Source: an uncultured Anaerolineales bacterium (GTDB taxonomy: Bacteria > Chloroflexota > Anaerolineae > Anaerolineales > UBA11858). From it: a stretch of DNA of 64,000 bases. The notes under the pieces are model-generated. The model made no database searches, was not told the DNA's origin, and saw nothing but the letters and a program-made list of their open reading frames with translations. This document shows, in pieces, positions 37,313 to 45,611 of the stretch (positions are counted from its first letter, which is position 1; every line of letters starts with the position of its first letter). Location of the stretch: assembly GCA_964627755.1 (NCBI GenBank), contig CAZVIH010000066.1:10501-74500 (forward strand), in the 5' to 3' direction. The translations under genes and the position numbers were made by a program.

Positions 37313-38281
37313 ATGGTTATCAAACCCACAGGTATGGATTTTAGTTACGATATGAAAAAAGAGAGTCAGGCAAATGGTGTGGCAGTCTTTGTTTTTTTAA
37401 CCCTGATGGTGGTCTCATTAGGGATTATGGCCTGGATGTTTATTGAAGGTACAAGGGTTCTCTGGATTATCGTTGAAATTCTGATTCTGAATTTCATCGG
37501 TTTTTATATTCTGCTGGCATTTAAGGTGGCAGAACAATGGGAAAAAGCCATCCTTTTACGACTGGGTCGTTTTGTGGGATTGAAGGGTCCTGGACCATTC
37601 TGGATCATCCCAATTATTGACAAACTTCCAGCCTGGATCGATCATCGGGTGATGGTGACTTCATTCACGGCAGAAAGGACCTTAACAAAAGATACTGTGC
37701 CAGTGGATGTGGATGCAGTGTTATTCTGGGTGGTCTGGGACGCTGAAAAAGCCGCTCTGGAAGTTGAAGACTATCGACAAGCAATCTCCTGGGCTTCACA
37801 AACTGCGCTGCGGGAGATCATCGGACAGATGGAGCTGGCAGATATTCTTGTCGGTCGAGCCCGTATGGATGCTGAACTGCAGCGAATTATTGACGAAAGG
37901 ACCACACCCTGGGGTATTACTGTTCAATCTGTTGAGATTCGCGACATTGTGATCCCAGGTGCGCTGGAAGATGCCATGAGCCGGCAAGCCCAGGCAGAAA
38001 GGGAACGCCAGGCCAGGGTCATTCTTGGTGAGAGTGAGGAACAAATAGCCGAATCCTTCGCCAAAGCTTCGATAGCTTACAAGGAAAATCCAACTGCCCT
38101 TCACTTGCGGGCCATGAATATGCTCTTTGAAGGTTTAAAAGAGCGAGGTGCGATGGTGATTGTGCCTTCCAGCGCTGTGGATACGATGAATCTGGGAGGG
38201 TTAGCGGGTATAACAGCGATGGCTGATATGGCAAAACGATATGATGAAGCTGATGATAAAGCTGATAAGGAGAATAATTGA
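37313..38281 (+). CDS. SPFH/band-7 (stomatin-like) membrane protein
   Basis: N-terminal TM hairpin, then SPFH blocks (TKDTVPVDVDAVLFWVVWDAEKA, ALREIIGQMELADIL, RQAQAERERQARV). Confidence 0.9.
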   Translation: MVIKPTGMDFSYDMKKESQANGVAVFVFLTLMVVSLGIMAWMFIEGTRVLWIIVEILILNFIGFYILLAFKVAEQWEKAILLRLGRFVGLKGPGPFWIIPIIDKLPAWIDHRVMVTSFTAERTLTKDTVPVDVDAVLFWVVWDAEKAALEVEDYRQAISWASQTALREIIGQMELADILVGRARMDAELQRIIDERTTPWGITVQSVEIRDIVIPGALEDAMSRQAQAERERQARVILGESEEQIAESFAKASIAYKENPTALHLRAMNMLFEGLKERGAMVIVPSSAVDTMNLGGLAGITAMADMAKRYDEADDKADKENN

Positions 38282-38778
38282 TGGATCAGACAGAACTGAA
38301 AGCAGATCTAATTGAGGTAACCGTCAGTGGTACTTTCAAAACAGAACATGTTTTTAATAGCCCGGAAGGTGTTCTGGGTACTTTGACGATCAAAGGTAGT
38401 AAAGGGGAGGGAAATTTTACAGGTACTGACAATTTAGTATTGGGGTTCAGAAAACCGAGTGTTTGGAAATCCCAATATGAACTCCAGGAAGGTAGCGACA
38501 CAATTGCCAAGGCTCATCCTCCCAAGAAATTGAAAAGGGCTTTCGAGATTGATTTTGAAGGAGATTTTTATCACCTTGCACCTGGCGGCAGTAAAATACG
38601 GAGCTGGACGATCAAGAACACTCAGGGGCAGCAGATATGTGAGATCCTTCCTCGGGGTGGTTTGAAGAGAGGGGCGTACCTCAGGATTGGAGCAGAGATC
38701 CCTCTGAAATTACTTGTATTCGGGTACTGTCTGGTAGTAAAACGCTGGCAGGAAGAATCGGCTGCGGCGGCTTCCTGA
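38278..38778 (+). CDS. hypothetical beta-rich protein with hydrophobic C-terminal helix (possible tubby/LURP-one/DUF567-like fold)
   Basis: ATGA overlap with the SPFH gene. Alternating beta-strand pattern ending in PLKLLVFGYCLVVKRW. The fold assignment is by eye only. Confidence 0.5.
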   Translation: MMDQTELKADLIEVTVSGTFKTEHVFNSPEGVLGTLTIKGSKGEGNFTGTDNLVLGFRKPSVWKSQYELQEGSDTIAKAHPPKKLKRAFEIDFEGDFYHLAPGGSKIRSWTIKNTQGQQICEILPRGGLKRGAYLRIGAEIPLKLLVFGYCLVVKRWQEESAAAAS

Positions 38779-38820
38779 AAACGAATCTATCTAAACGCCT
38801 TAGAGGAGGCAGATAACTCG

Positions 38821-39717
38821 ATGGCAGCTGTTGAAGTAAATAACTTGTATAAATCCTATGCTGATGTGATTGCGGTTAATGATTTGACCTTTTCTGTTGA
38901 AGCTGGGGAGATCCTGGGACTGATAGGTCCAAATGGAGCCGGCAAGAGCAGTACGATAAAAATGATTCTGGATTTCATGAAACCGGATTCTGGCTCTGTA
39001 ATGATCTTTAATCAGCCTATGAAAGAAGCTTTTAAAGATCGAATTGGTTACCTGCCTGAAGAGAGAGGATTATATAAGAGACTGACAGCCATGGAATTAA
39101 TTCTCTATCTTGCCTCCTTAAAAGGGATGGATAGAAAGACAGCTGAAGAAAGAGCGAATGTGCTGCTAGAGCGAGTAGGTATGCTCGAAAACAAACAAAA
39201 GAAAAATAAAGAGATGAGTAAGGGAATGGGCCAGCTGATCCAGTTTGTTGTTACTGTAGTGCATGATCCTGATCTGATCATTCTTGATGAACCTTTCTCT
39301 GGACTTGATCCAATCAGAACCGCATCCGTTCAGGAAATCATAAGTGATCTAAGAGAACAAGGAAAAACTGTCATTCTCAGTACACATCAAATGAATAAAG
39401 TGGAAGAACTATGTGACAGTGTATTGATGATCAATAAAGGCAAAACCGTTCTTTATGGGGATATTCCAACTTCGAGGGCAAATTTCAGGAAGCATTCAGT
39501 TCGTCTTGAAGCTGAAGGCTCGTGGTCTGATATCCCGGGAGTTATTGAGATCAGGCCTCACAATGGTTTTGTTGAATTAATGCTCAAACCGGATGTCACT
39601 TCTCAGGATGTTCTGGATAATTTACGGGACCAGGGGGTTGCCATCAATCGGTTTGAGGTAACTACACCCTCATTAAATGAAATTTTCCTTGAGCTTGCAG
39701 GAACAGATTATGAATAA
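38821..39717 (+). CDS. ABC transporter ATP-binding protein (ABC-2 exporter type)
   Basis: Walker A GPNGAGKSS, variant signature MSKGMGQ, Walker B LIILDEPFSGLD, H-loop STHQ. GAGGAGG SD. Confidence 0.9.
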   Translation: MAAVEVNNLYKSYADVIAVNDLTFSVEAGEILGLIGPNGAGKSSTIKMILDFMKPDSGSVMIFNQPMKEAFKDRIGYLPEERGLYKRLTAMELILYLASLKGMDRKTAEERANVLLERVGMLENKQKKNKEMSKGMGQLIQFVVTVVHDPDLIILDEPFSGLDPIRTASVQEIISDLREQGKTVILSTHQMNKVEELCDSVLMINKGKTVLYGDIPTSRANFRKHSVRLEAEGSWSDIPGVIEIRPHNGFVELMLKPDVTSQDVLDNLRDQGVAINRFEVTTPSLNEIFLELAGTDYE

Positions 39718-40927
39718 AGTCTATTTATTGTTTAAACATGAATTCATCCAGGCGATTAGAAAAACTGGATATATCATTCTGACACTTGCGATTCCGGTAT
39801 TGGCTCTTATTATTATTGGGGTTGTTCAGTTATTTACGACCTTATTCGAACCGGCAGTTGATGAATTGACCCGTGTGGGATATGTCGATCAGGTAGGGAT
39901 TTTTAACGCCTATTCAGATCAAGGGCTAATCCAATTATTTCCTTATCAATCCGTGGCTGGTGCAAATGCCGCCCTGGTGGCGGGTGAAATCGACGAATTT
40001 TTCCTGATACCTTCGGATTTTTCTTCAACAGTATCGATCGATCGTTTTACCATGGCGAGAGAGCTTGAGACGCCCATTGCTAAAAGATATGCCATCGGCA
40101 GTTTCCTGATCAGTAATATGTTAAAGGATGAGGTTCCTCCTGCAACCATCGAAACTGTTTTAGCCCCTTTAGATATGAGTGTAACCAGACTCAATGAAGA
40201 TGGCTCAGTGGCAGATTCTCAAAGTAATATAGGGAATATTATCATTCCGGGTATATATGCTTTTTTACTGAGCATGGCATTGATGTTTGGCAACAATTCC
40301 CTGATCAGCGGTTTAGGAGAGGAAAAAGAAAGTCGATTAATCGAAGTATTATCCTCTTCAGTATCGGTTAGCCAGATGTTAATAGGGAAAGTCCTGGCTC
40401 TTGGCACAGCGGGGTTATTACAGGTCCTTTTGTGGTTGGTATCGGCTCCTTTGATCTTGGATCTGGCCTCATCAACTTTTGGTGGAGTATTGGCTAACAT
40501 CCAGATTCCCCCTAACTTTATTGTCTTTGGAGTGATCTATTTTGTGCTTGGTTATTTGCTTTTTGCTGTGCTATCAGTGATGATAGGCGGAATTGTATCT
40601 ACTGCAGCAGATGGACATAACCTGTCTATGTTCTACGTCATGGCAGGATATATTCCATTGTGGACTTTTGGCGCTTTTATTGCTATTCCGGAACATCCGA
40701 TCTGGGTGGTACTTTCTATTTTTCCGATCACTGCTCCAACTATGACAATGTTGAGAATGGGTGTGTCCGATATCCCCGGCTGGCAACTTGGCGCAAGTTT
40801 GGGAGTATTGATAATATCTATTGCCATCGGGCAATTCTTATCTGTAAAGATATTCAGAACTTTCATGTTAATGTATGGAAAAAGACCAAGAGCGAGAGAG
40901 ATTTTCCAGGCATTAAAATCTTCTTAG
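39710..40927 (+). CDS. ABC-2 family transporter permease
   Basis: N-terminal TM helix, large extracytoplasmic loop, then 5 C-terminal TM helices. ATG 39710 overlaps the ATPase stop by 8 nt. Confidence 0.75.
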   Translation: MNKVYLLFKHEFIQAIRKTGYIILTLAIPVLALIIIGVVQLFTTLFEPAVDELTRVGYVDQVGIFNAYSDQGLIQLFPYQSVAGANAALVAGEIDEFFLIPSDFSSTVSIDRFTMARELETPIAKRYAIGSFLISNMLKDEVPPATIETVLAPLDMSVTRLNEDGSVADSQSNIGNIIIPGIYAFLLSMALMFGNNSLISGLGEEKESRLIEVLSSSVSVSQMLIGKVLALGTAGLLQVLLWLVSAPLILDLASSTFGGVLANIQIPPNFIVFGVIYFVLGYLLFAVLSVMIGGIVSTAADGHNLSMFYVMAGYIPLWTFGAFIAIPEHPIWVVLSIFPITAPTMTMLRMGVSDIPGWQLGASLGVLIISIAIGQFLSVKIFRTFMLMYGKRPRAREIFQALKSS

Positions 40928-40969
40928 CATCAATATTACAATTTGAATTCTGTAAAATGCTTGGTTGTA

Positions 40970-41009
40970 AATAGCTGTTAACTATGTTGGTTTACAGCTA
41001 TTATTTTTT
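40970..41009 (+). terminator. intrinsic terminator of the GntR-ABC operon
   Basis: AATAGCTGT (40970-40978) and ACAGCTATT (40994-41002), then ATTTTTTC. Confidence 0.7.
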
Positions 41010-41067
41010 CAATTAAAGATGGATTACAATACCTTGAAAGATCAGCTTCCGCATCCAAGGAGCAACC

Positions 41068-42012
41068 ATGACAACTAATCAAAGAGGTTTGATCAAAAGC
41101 TCAACCAGTGAGTTTTACCGGGAAGGTAAAAATACCGCAAATTACTCCCTGTTCGATTTTGTTCACGGCTATATGTACTCAAAATGGCCATATTTATACA
41201 TCAGTGTTGCCCTTGGGGAACACCGTTTGTACAAGATCCTGCAACCGATCTTCCTTTTTCTGCAATCGATCCTGGAACCTTCCCATGAGGATGAACCTGA
41301 GGAATTTGGTAATGCCTGGGCTAATTCTTATCATGGAAAAGTTGTACCTATCGACGAGGCCAAACGATTGGTATCAATTCAGGAAGAAATTGTTATCAAG
41401 GACCTGGAACAGGTAATACCATTTACCCGTGCCAGAGATATTATTATGCACAATCCACAGAAGATAGTTGTCCTGGATTGCCCCTGCCGTATGGCCCGTG
41501 AAAATCACTGCACACCTGTAGATGTTTGTTTGATTGTTGGAGACCCATTTGCCGGTTTCATTTTGGAACACCAACCTGAAAAATCGCGCTTGATCAACTC
41601 TGAAGAGGCAATGGAAATCCTCCAGGCAGAACATGATCGCGGCCATGTCTCACACGCGTTCTTCAAAGATGCCATGTTAAATCGATTTTATGCAATCTGC
41701 AACTGCTGTTCCTGCTGCTGCGGGGCATTCCAGGCCCATAACAACGGCACACCCATGTTAATGACCTCAGGGTATACCGCAGCTGTGGATCCCGAGCTGT
41801 GTGAAGGCTGTGAAAGCTGCCTTGAATTCTGCCAGTTCTCCGCCATCGAAATGGCAGACGGGCAGGCCCGGATCCTGGTGGAGGACTGTTTTGGCTGCGG
41901 TGTGTGTGTGGATAAATGCGCCCAACATGCGATCACCCTCTCGAGGGATCCCGCTAAAGGTGTACCCCTGGAAATTCACAAACTGATGGAGGAAGCTGCT
42001 CGGGTAAACTGA
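41068..42012 (+). CDS. Cys-rich iron-sulfur protein with C-terminal 2x[4Fe-4S] ferredoxin domain
   Basis: CPCRMARENHC, CNCCSCCCG, then CEGCESCLEFC and CFGCGVCVDKC ferredoxin motifs. AAGGAG SD. Confidence 0.7.
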   Translation: MTTNQRGLIKSSTSEFYREGKNTANYSLFDFVHGYMYSKWPYLYISVALGEHRLYKILQPIFLFLQSILEPSHEDEPEEFGNAWANSYHGKVVPIDEAKRLVSIQEEIVIKDLEQVIPFTRARDIIMHNPQKIVVLDCPCRMARENHCTPVDVCLIVGDPFAGFILEHQPEKSRLINSEEAMEILQAEHDRGHVSHAFFKDAMLNRFYAICNCCSCCCGAFQAHNNGTPMLMTSGYTAAVDPELCEGCESCLEFCQFSAIEMADGQARILVEDCFGCGVCVDKCAQHAITLSRDPAKGVPLEIHKLMEEAARVN

Positions 42013-42019
42013 TTGAATT

Positions 42020-42493
42020 TCAGTGAACTGAAATTATCTGGCAGCCCGTTGTGCTGACAAGGATCTGGGGTTGAATACTGAAGACCGCATGATGTGATCC
42101 TGCTGCGGCCCAGATAATTGGATGATCCAGTAAATCCTGATCTATATAGATCGGGATTTCTTTTTTCAATCCGTAGGGTGATACTCCCCCAATCGCAAAT
42201 CCGGTTTCCTCCCGAACAAAATCAGGCGAAGCAAATTTGATTTCTTCTCCAATTTGAGCTCCGACGAGTTTTTCATTTACATGATTCGCACCGCTGGTCA
42301 GGATCAAGATTGGTTTCTGGCCCCCAGCTGTCTGAAAAACCAGGGATTTGACGATCTGCCCCACCTGGCATTGGGCCGCAGCGGCAGCTTCTTTTGCGGT
42401 GCGGGTGCTGTCGGGCAGCTCTTGGACGATCGCCGGGATGCCAAGGGCTTTTAGTGTGTCTTCAACGCGCTGGGTGCTGGATTTGGGAGACAT
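42020..42493 (-). CDS. YbaK/ProX-type aminoacyl-tRNA trans-editing deacylase
   Basis: 157 aa. KSLVF, ILILTSGANHVNEKL and GFAIGGVSPYG blocks typical of the YbaK/EbsC domain. Confidence 0.8.
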   Translation of the reverse strand: MSPKSSTQRVEDTLKALGIPAIVQELPDSTRTAKEAAAAAQCQVGQIVKSLVFQTAGGQKPILILTSGANHVNEKLVGAQIGEEIKFASPDFVREETGFAIGGVSPYGLKKEIPIYIDQDLLDHPIIWAAAGSHHAVFSIQPQILVSTTGCQIISVH

Positions 42494-42499
42494 GTCTGT

Positions 42500-42505
42500 A
42501 TTGTA
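42500..42505 (-). promoter_or_regulatory. -10-like TACAAT 6 nt upstream of ATG 42493; leaderless candidate
   Basis: Minus strand reads TACAAT-acagac-ATG. No SD and no clear -35. Confidence 0.3.
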
Positions 42506-42700
42506 ATGGATGATGGGGAGATGGGGGGACTTTTAGATTAGCAGCTTTTGCACCTCGTCTCCCGATCACCCCATCTCCAGGTCATGGTTTATGTCGCATT
42601 TACACCCAGCCCTGAGTAGACCTCGGGCTATTGTGAGACGGGAGTCGAAGATCCGGTCCTGAGGCAAGCGAAGCAACCAATGGCTTAATAGTCCTTCTGC

Positions 42701-43324
42701 TTAAGTGTCAGCCGGCGTCTCCTCAACCACGGGTTCTTCCGGGGCTGGTTCTTCAACCGCTTCTTCCTCTACCACCTCTTCCACCACGGAGATTTCCATG
42801 TAGACCGGATCGCCGAAACGGCCCTCATCCGCATCATAGGCCTGCCACCAGGTATTATATCTTCCGGGATTATCAGGTGCGTTAAAGGTGATCTCGATCA
42901 CCGCCTGGGTGGATTGCCGGGCCGGATATAAACCTTGCTTTTTTTCGGCGCCCAGCGCCAGGCCCGAGATCAGTTGAAGGGAATAAGATGAGTTCCAATT
43001 ACAGCTTCCCGTATTTTTAATCAGCCAACGTTTTGTGATCTTTTCGCCCGGCAGGACTTCTGTGCCGTCAGGGACAGTGAGATCATCTAGAAATTCAAGC
43101 TGATTCACACAATTGGTCTGTCTGGTGGGCAGGGGAGTTGCAGCAGATCCAGATATCTGTTTCTGAGCTGGATTGGAAGTTGGCGGCACAAAATGTGCCG
43201 CCTCGGATGGAAGTGGTGTTGCCCTGCCAGACTGGCATCCAGTTATCAGAATCAATAAAACAAAGAAGGCAATATCTCTGATAACTTTTGGCCAGAAATT
43301 ATTCAAGCGGGGGGACTGGTTCAT
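42701..43324 (-). CDS. lipoprotein with NBR1-FW/Ig-like domain and acidic C-terminal tail
   Basis: Lipobox [25 protein letters not shown] and [10 protein letters not shown] fit an Nbr1_FW-type domain. Start overlaps the recA 3' end by 26 nt. Confidence 0.6.
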   Translation of the reverse strand: MNQSPRLNNFWPKVIRDIAFFVLLILITGCQSGRATPLPSEAAHFVPPTSNPAQKQISGSAATPLPTRQTNCVNQLEFLDDLTVPDGTEVLPGEKITKRWLIKNTGSCNWNSSYSLQLISGLALGAEKKQGLYPARQSTQAVIEITFNAPDNPGRYNTWWQAYDADEGRFGDPVYMEISVVEEVVEEEAVEEPAPEEPVVEETPADT

Positions 43325-44345
43325 CGACCTCTGTTTCGGGGTTAAATTCTGAATGATCCATTACCAAAGCCCGGATAGCATCTTCTATTTCCTGGGTGAA
43401 ATCCGGATTCTCTTTTAAATATTCTTTGGCATTTTCTCGTCCCTGTGCAATCCGCAGATCGTCACCATAATAATAAAAGGATCCGCGTTTTTCGATCACA
43501 GCTACTTCGACCGCCAGATCAAGGATATCACCAGATCGTGATATGCCTTCATCGTGCATGATATCGAACTCAGCAGTCCTGAACGGGGGGGCAACTTTAT
43601 TTTTAACAACACGGACCCGGGTGCGGCTGCCTACGATATCCGTTCCTGATTTTATTGATTGGATCCTGCGAACATCAAGCCGGATCGAGCTGTAGAATTT
43701 TAATGCTCGGCCGCCAGGGGTCGTTTCAGGATTGCCAAAAACTACACCGATCTTTTCTCGCAGCTGATTTGTGAAAATCAGGCAGGTATTGGTTTGTTTA
43801 ATAGCGCCTGATAATTTTCGGAGCGCCTGGGACATCAAGCGGGCCATCAATCCCATATGGGAATCGCCCATATCCCCTTCGATCTCCGCCCGGGGAACCA
43901 GGGCAGCGACAGAATCTATGATGATGACATCCACTGCTCCGGACCGGATCAAAGATTCGGCGATTTCTAGGGCCTGTTCACCTGTATCCGGTTGAGAGAT
44001 CAGCAGGTTATCTACATCCACTCCCGTCTTGGCTGCATAGGCAGGATCAAGGGCGTGTTCCATATCAATAAAAGCTGCAGTCCCGCCTTGCTTCTGGGCT
44101 TCTGCGACAATGTGCTGGCAAATTGTGGTTTTTCCGGATGCTTCAGGACCATATATCTCTGTCACTCGACCGCGGGGAACACCTCCTACACCGAGAGCAA
44201 GATCGAGGGATAAAGTACCTGTGGGGATCACATCCACGTTCATGCCTGTTGCATCCCCCAATTTCATAATTGCCCCTTCTCCGAAGCGTTTTGTGATATC
44301 CTGGAGCGTTTTTTCTAATGCTGCTTTGCGTGGATCATCCGCCAT
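43299..44345 (-). CDS. recA: recombinase RecA
   Basis: GPEASGKTT Walker [54 protein letters not shown]. Confidence 0.97.
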   Translation of the reverse strand: MADDPRKAALEKTLQDITKRFGEGAIMKLGDATGMNVDVIPTGTLSLDLALGVGGVPRGRVTEIYGPEASGKTTICQHIVAEAQKQGGTAAFIDMEHALDPAYAAKTGVDVDNLLISQPDTGEQALEIAESLIRSGAVDVIIIDSVAALVPRAEIEGDMGDSHMGLMARLMSQALRKLSGAIKQTNTCLIFTNQLREKIGVVFGNPETTPGGRALKFYSSIRLDVRRIQSIKSGTDIVGSRTRVRVVKNKVAPPFRTAEFDIMHDEGISRSGDILDLAVEVAVIEKRGSFYYYGDDLRIAQGRENAKEYLKENPDFTQEIEDAIRALVMDHSEFNPETEVDEPVPPLE

Positions 44346-44393
44346 TTCTTCCTCCTCTAAATACGTCGCATCTCAGGCTGATATGCTGATTTT

Positions 44394-44412
44394 AGTGTAG
44401 CACAAATGTTCT
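44394..44412 (-). promoter_or_regulatory. recA promoter: Cheo-type LexA-like box AGAACATTTGTGCT overlapping extended -10 TGCTACACT
   Basis: Minus strand reads AGAACATTTGTGC-TACACT. GAAC-N4-GTGC matches the GAAC-N4-GTTC SOS box at 7 of 8 positions. About 45 nt upstream of recA ATG. Confidence 0.45.
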
Positions 44413-44417
44413 AAACG

Positions 44418-45605
44418 TCAAGGGGAAGGCGAAAAATAATATTCCGGGGGAGTAGGAGTCTCATCAGAGAATCCTCGCCAAACATTGAACTTTATAAAGG
44501 TTACCTGACCGGGTTTGATCTCCACAGTTGTCTGGTAAGAAAAACCGATATTGGTAACTGGGATCGAGACCAGATAAGAACCTGCAGGAATATTGGAAAT
44601 GGTCAGGTTTTCCTTATAATAGGGGTCGCTGTTTATGGCTTCGTTCTGGTAGGATTTTGCGATCCACAACCGATCCTCTGGATTATTGCCGGTCAGGGCA
44701 TTTTCAGTTCGGTACAAATAGACAACTTGTTGTTCATATGGTCGGCCATCAAAAGTCAGGATCTGACCTACCAGGATGCCCCAACCCTGGGGTGGGGAGA
44801 TCCATAAATCTGGGTTGCGGGTTGAGAAATATTCATTCTTTCCTACACGGACTTCAAAATGTAAGTGGGGTCCGGTGGTCTTGCCAGTATTGCCCATATA
44901 ACCGATTATTTCTCCAGCTTTAACTTCCTGCTCCTCAGATACAAGAATTTCGTCCAGGTGGGCGTATAAAGTGTATAAAGCTTCTCCTTTGTAACTGAAT
45001 GAATGCTGGATGACAATAGCCTTGCCATAAGGGTCATCGTATACATTATCTCCACCCCTGTAGATACCCTGACCGGCATAGATCACTTTGCCTTCGCCAG
45101 CTGCCAGGATAGGGGTGCCGATATCACCGGGAATATCAATCCCGGTGTGGACGACATTTTCAAAAAAGACATCCCCATACCCATAATTGGTATAAGCTGC
45201 ATCGATATCAAAAGCCGCAATCGGATTCAGAAAATAGAAATGATCATGTTGACTGGGAACCCAGGGTACGGGATAAACAGGAGGGCGCCAGGGATTGATG
45301 TTGTTCTTTGGGTCGGGTGGAAGTGAGAATTCTGGTGTAGTGAGTGGAAGGGAAGGAGTGGGACTGAGTTCAGGAATAGCGGTAGGCGTATGAGTAGTAA
45401 GGTTAAGGCTAACCTGGGTATCTGTGGGGATGGAAGGTGTTTCAGTAGTAATTGGCAGATCCGGACTTGGAGATGGTATGGATTTTGTTCCCGACTGGCA
45501 TCCTGACAGCAAGATAACAACTATTACCAGGATGGGGATATATATTGCTGGGTTTGCCATCTTTGAGCCAATTTTTCCTGGGTCGATCCTGGATAATCTT
45601 CTCAT
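44418..45605 (-). CDS. M23-family metallopeptidase (LytM-like) lipoprotein
   Basis: Lipobox LLSGCQ, PT-rich linker, HTGIDI, and YAHL...GNTGKTTGPHLHFEV zinc motifs. Confidence 0.85.
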   Translation of the reverse strand: MRRLSRIDPGKIGSKMANPAIYIPILVIVVILLSGCQSGTKSIPSPSPDLPITTETPSIPTDTQVSLNLTTHTPTAIPELSPTPSLPLTTPEFSLPPDPKNNINPWRPPVYPVPWVPSQHDHFYFLNPIAAFDIDAAYTNYGYGDVFFENVVHTGIDIPGDIGTPILAAGEGKVIYAGQGIYRGGDNVYDDPYGKAIVIQHSFSYKGEALYTLYAHLDEILVSEEQEVKAGEIIGYMGNTGKTTGPHLHFEVRVGKNEYFSTRNPDLWISPPQGWGILVGQILTFDGRPYEQQVVYLYRTENALTGNNPEDRLWIAKSYQNEAINSDPYYKENLTISNIPAGSYLVSIPVTNIGFSYQTTVEIKPGQVTFIKFNVWRGFSDETPTPPEYYFSPSP

Positions 45606-45611
45606 GATTTT

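Noticed and set aside
42655-42678. GGTCCTGAGGCAAGCGAAGCAACC, resembling the SRP RNA domain IV motif (GGUCCGGAAGGAAGCAGCC)
   Set aside because: It has no GNRA tetraloop closed by the expected pairs. The flanking sequence does not fold back into the long SRP hairpin.
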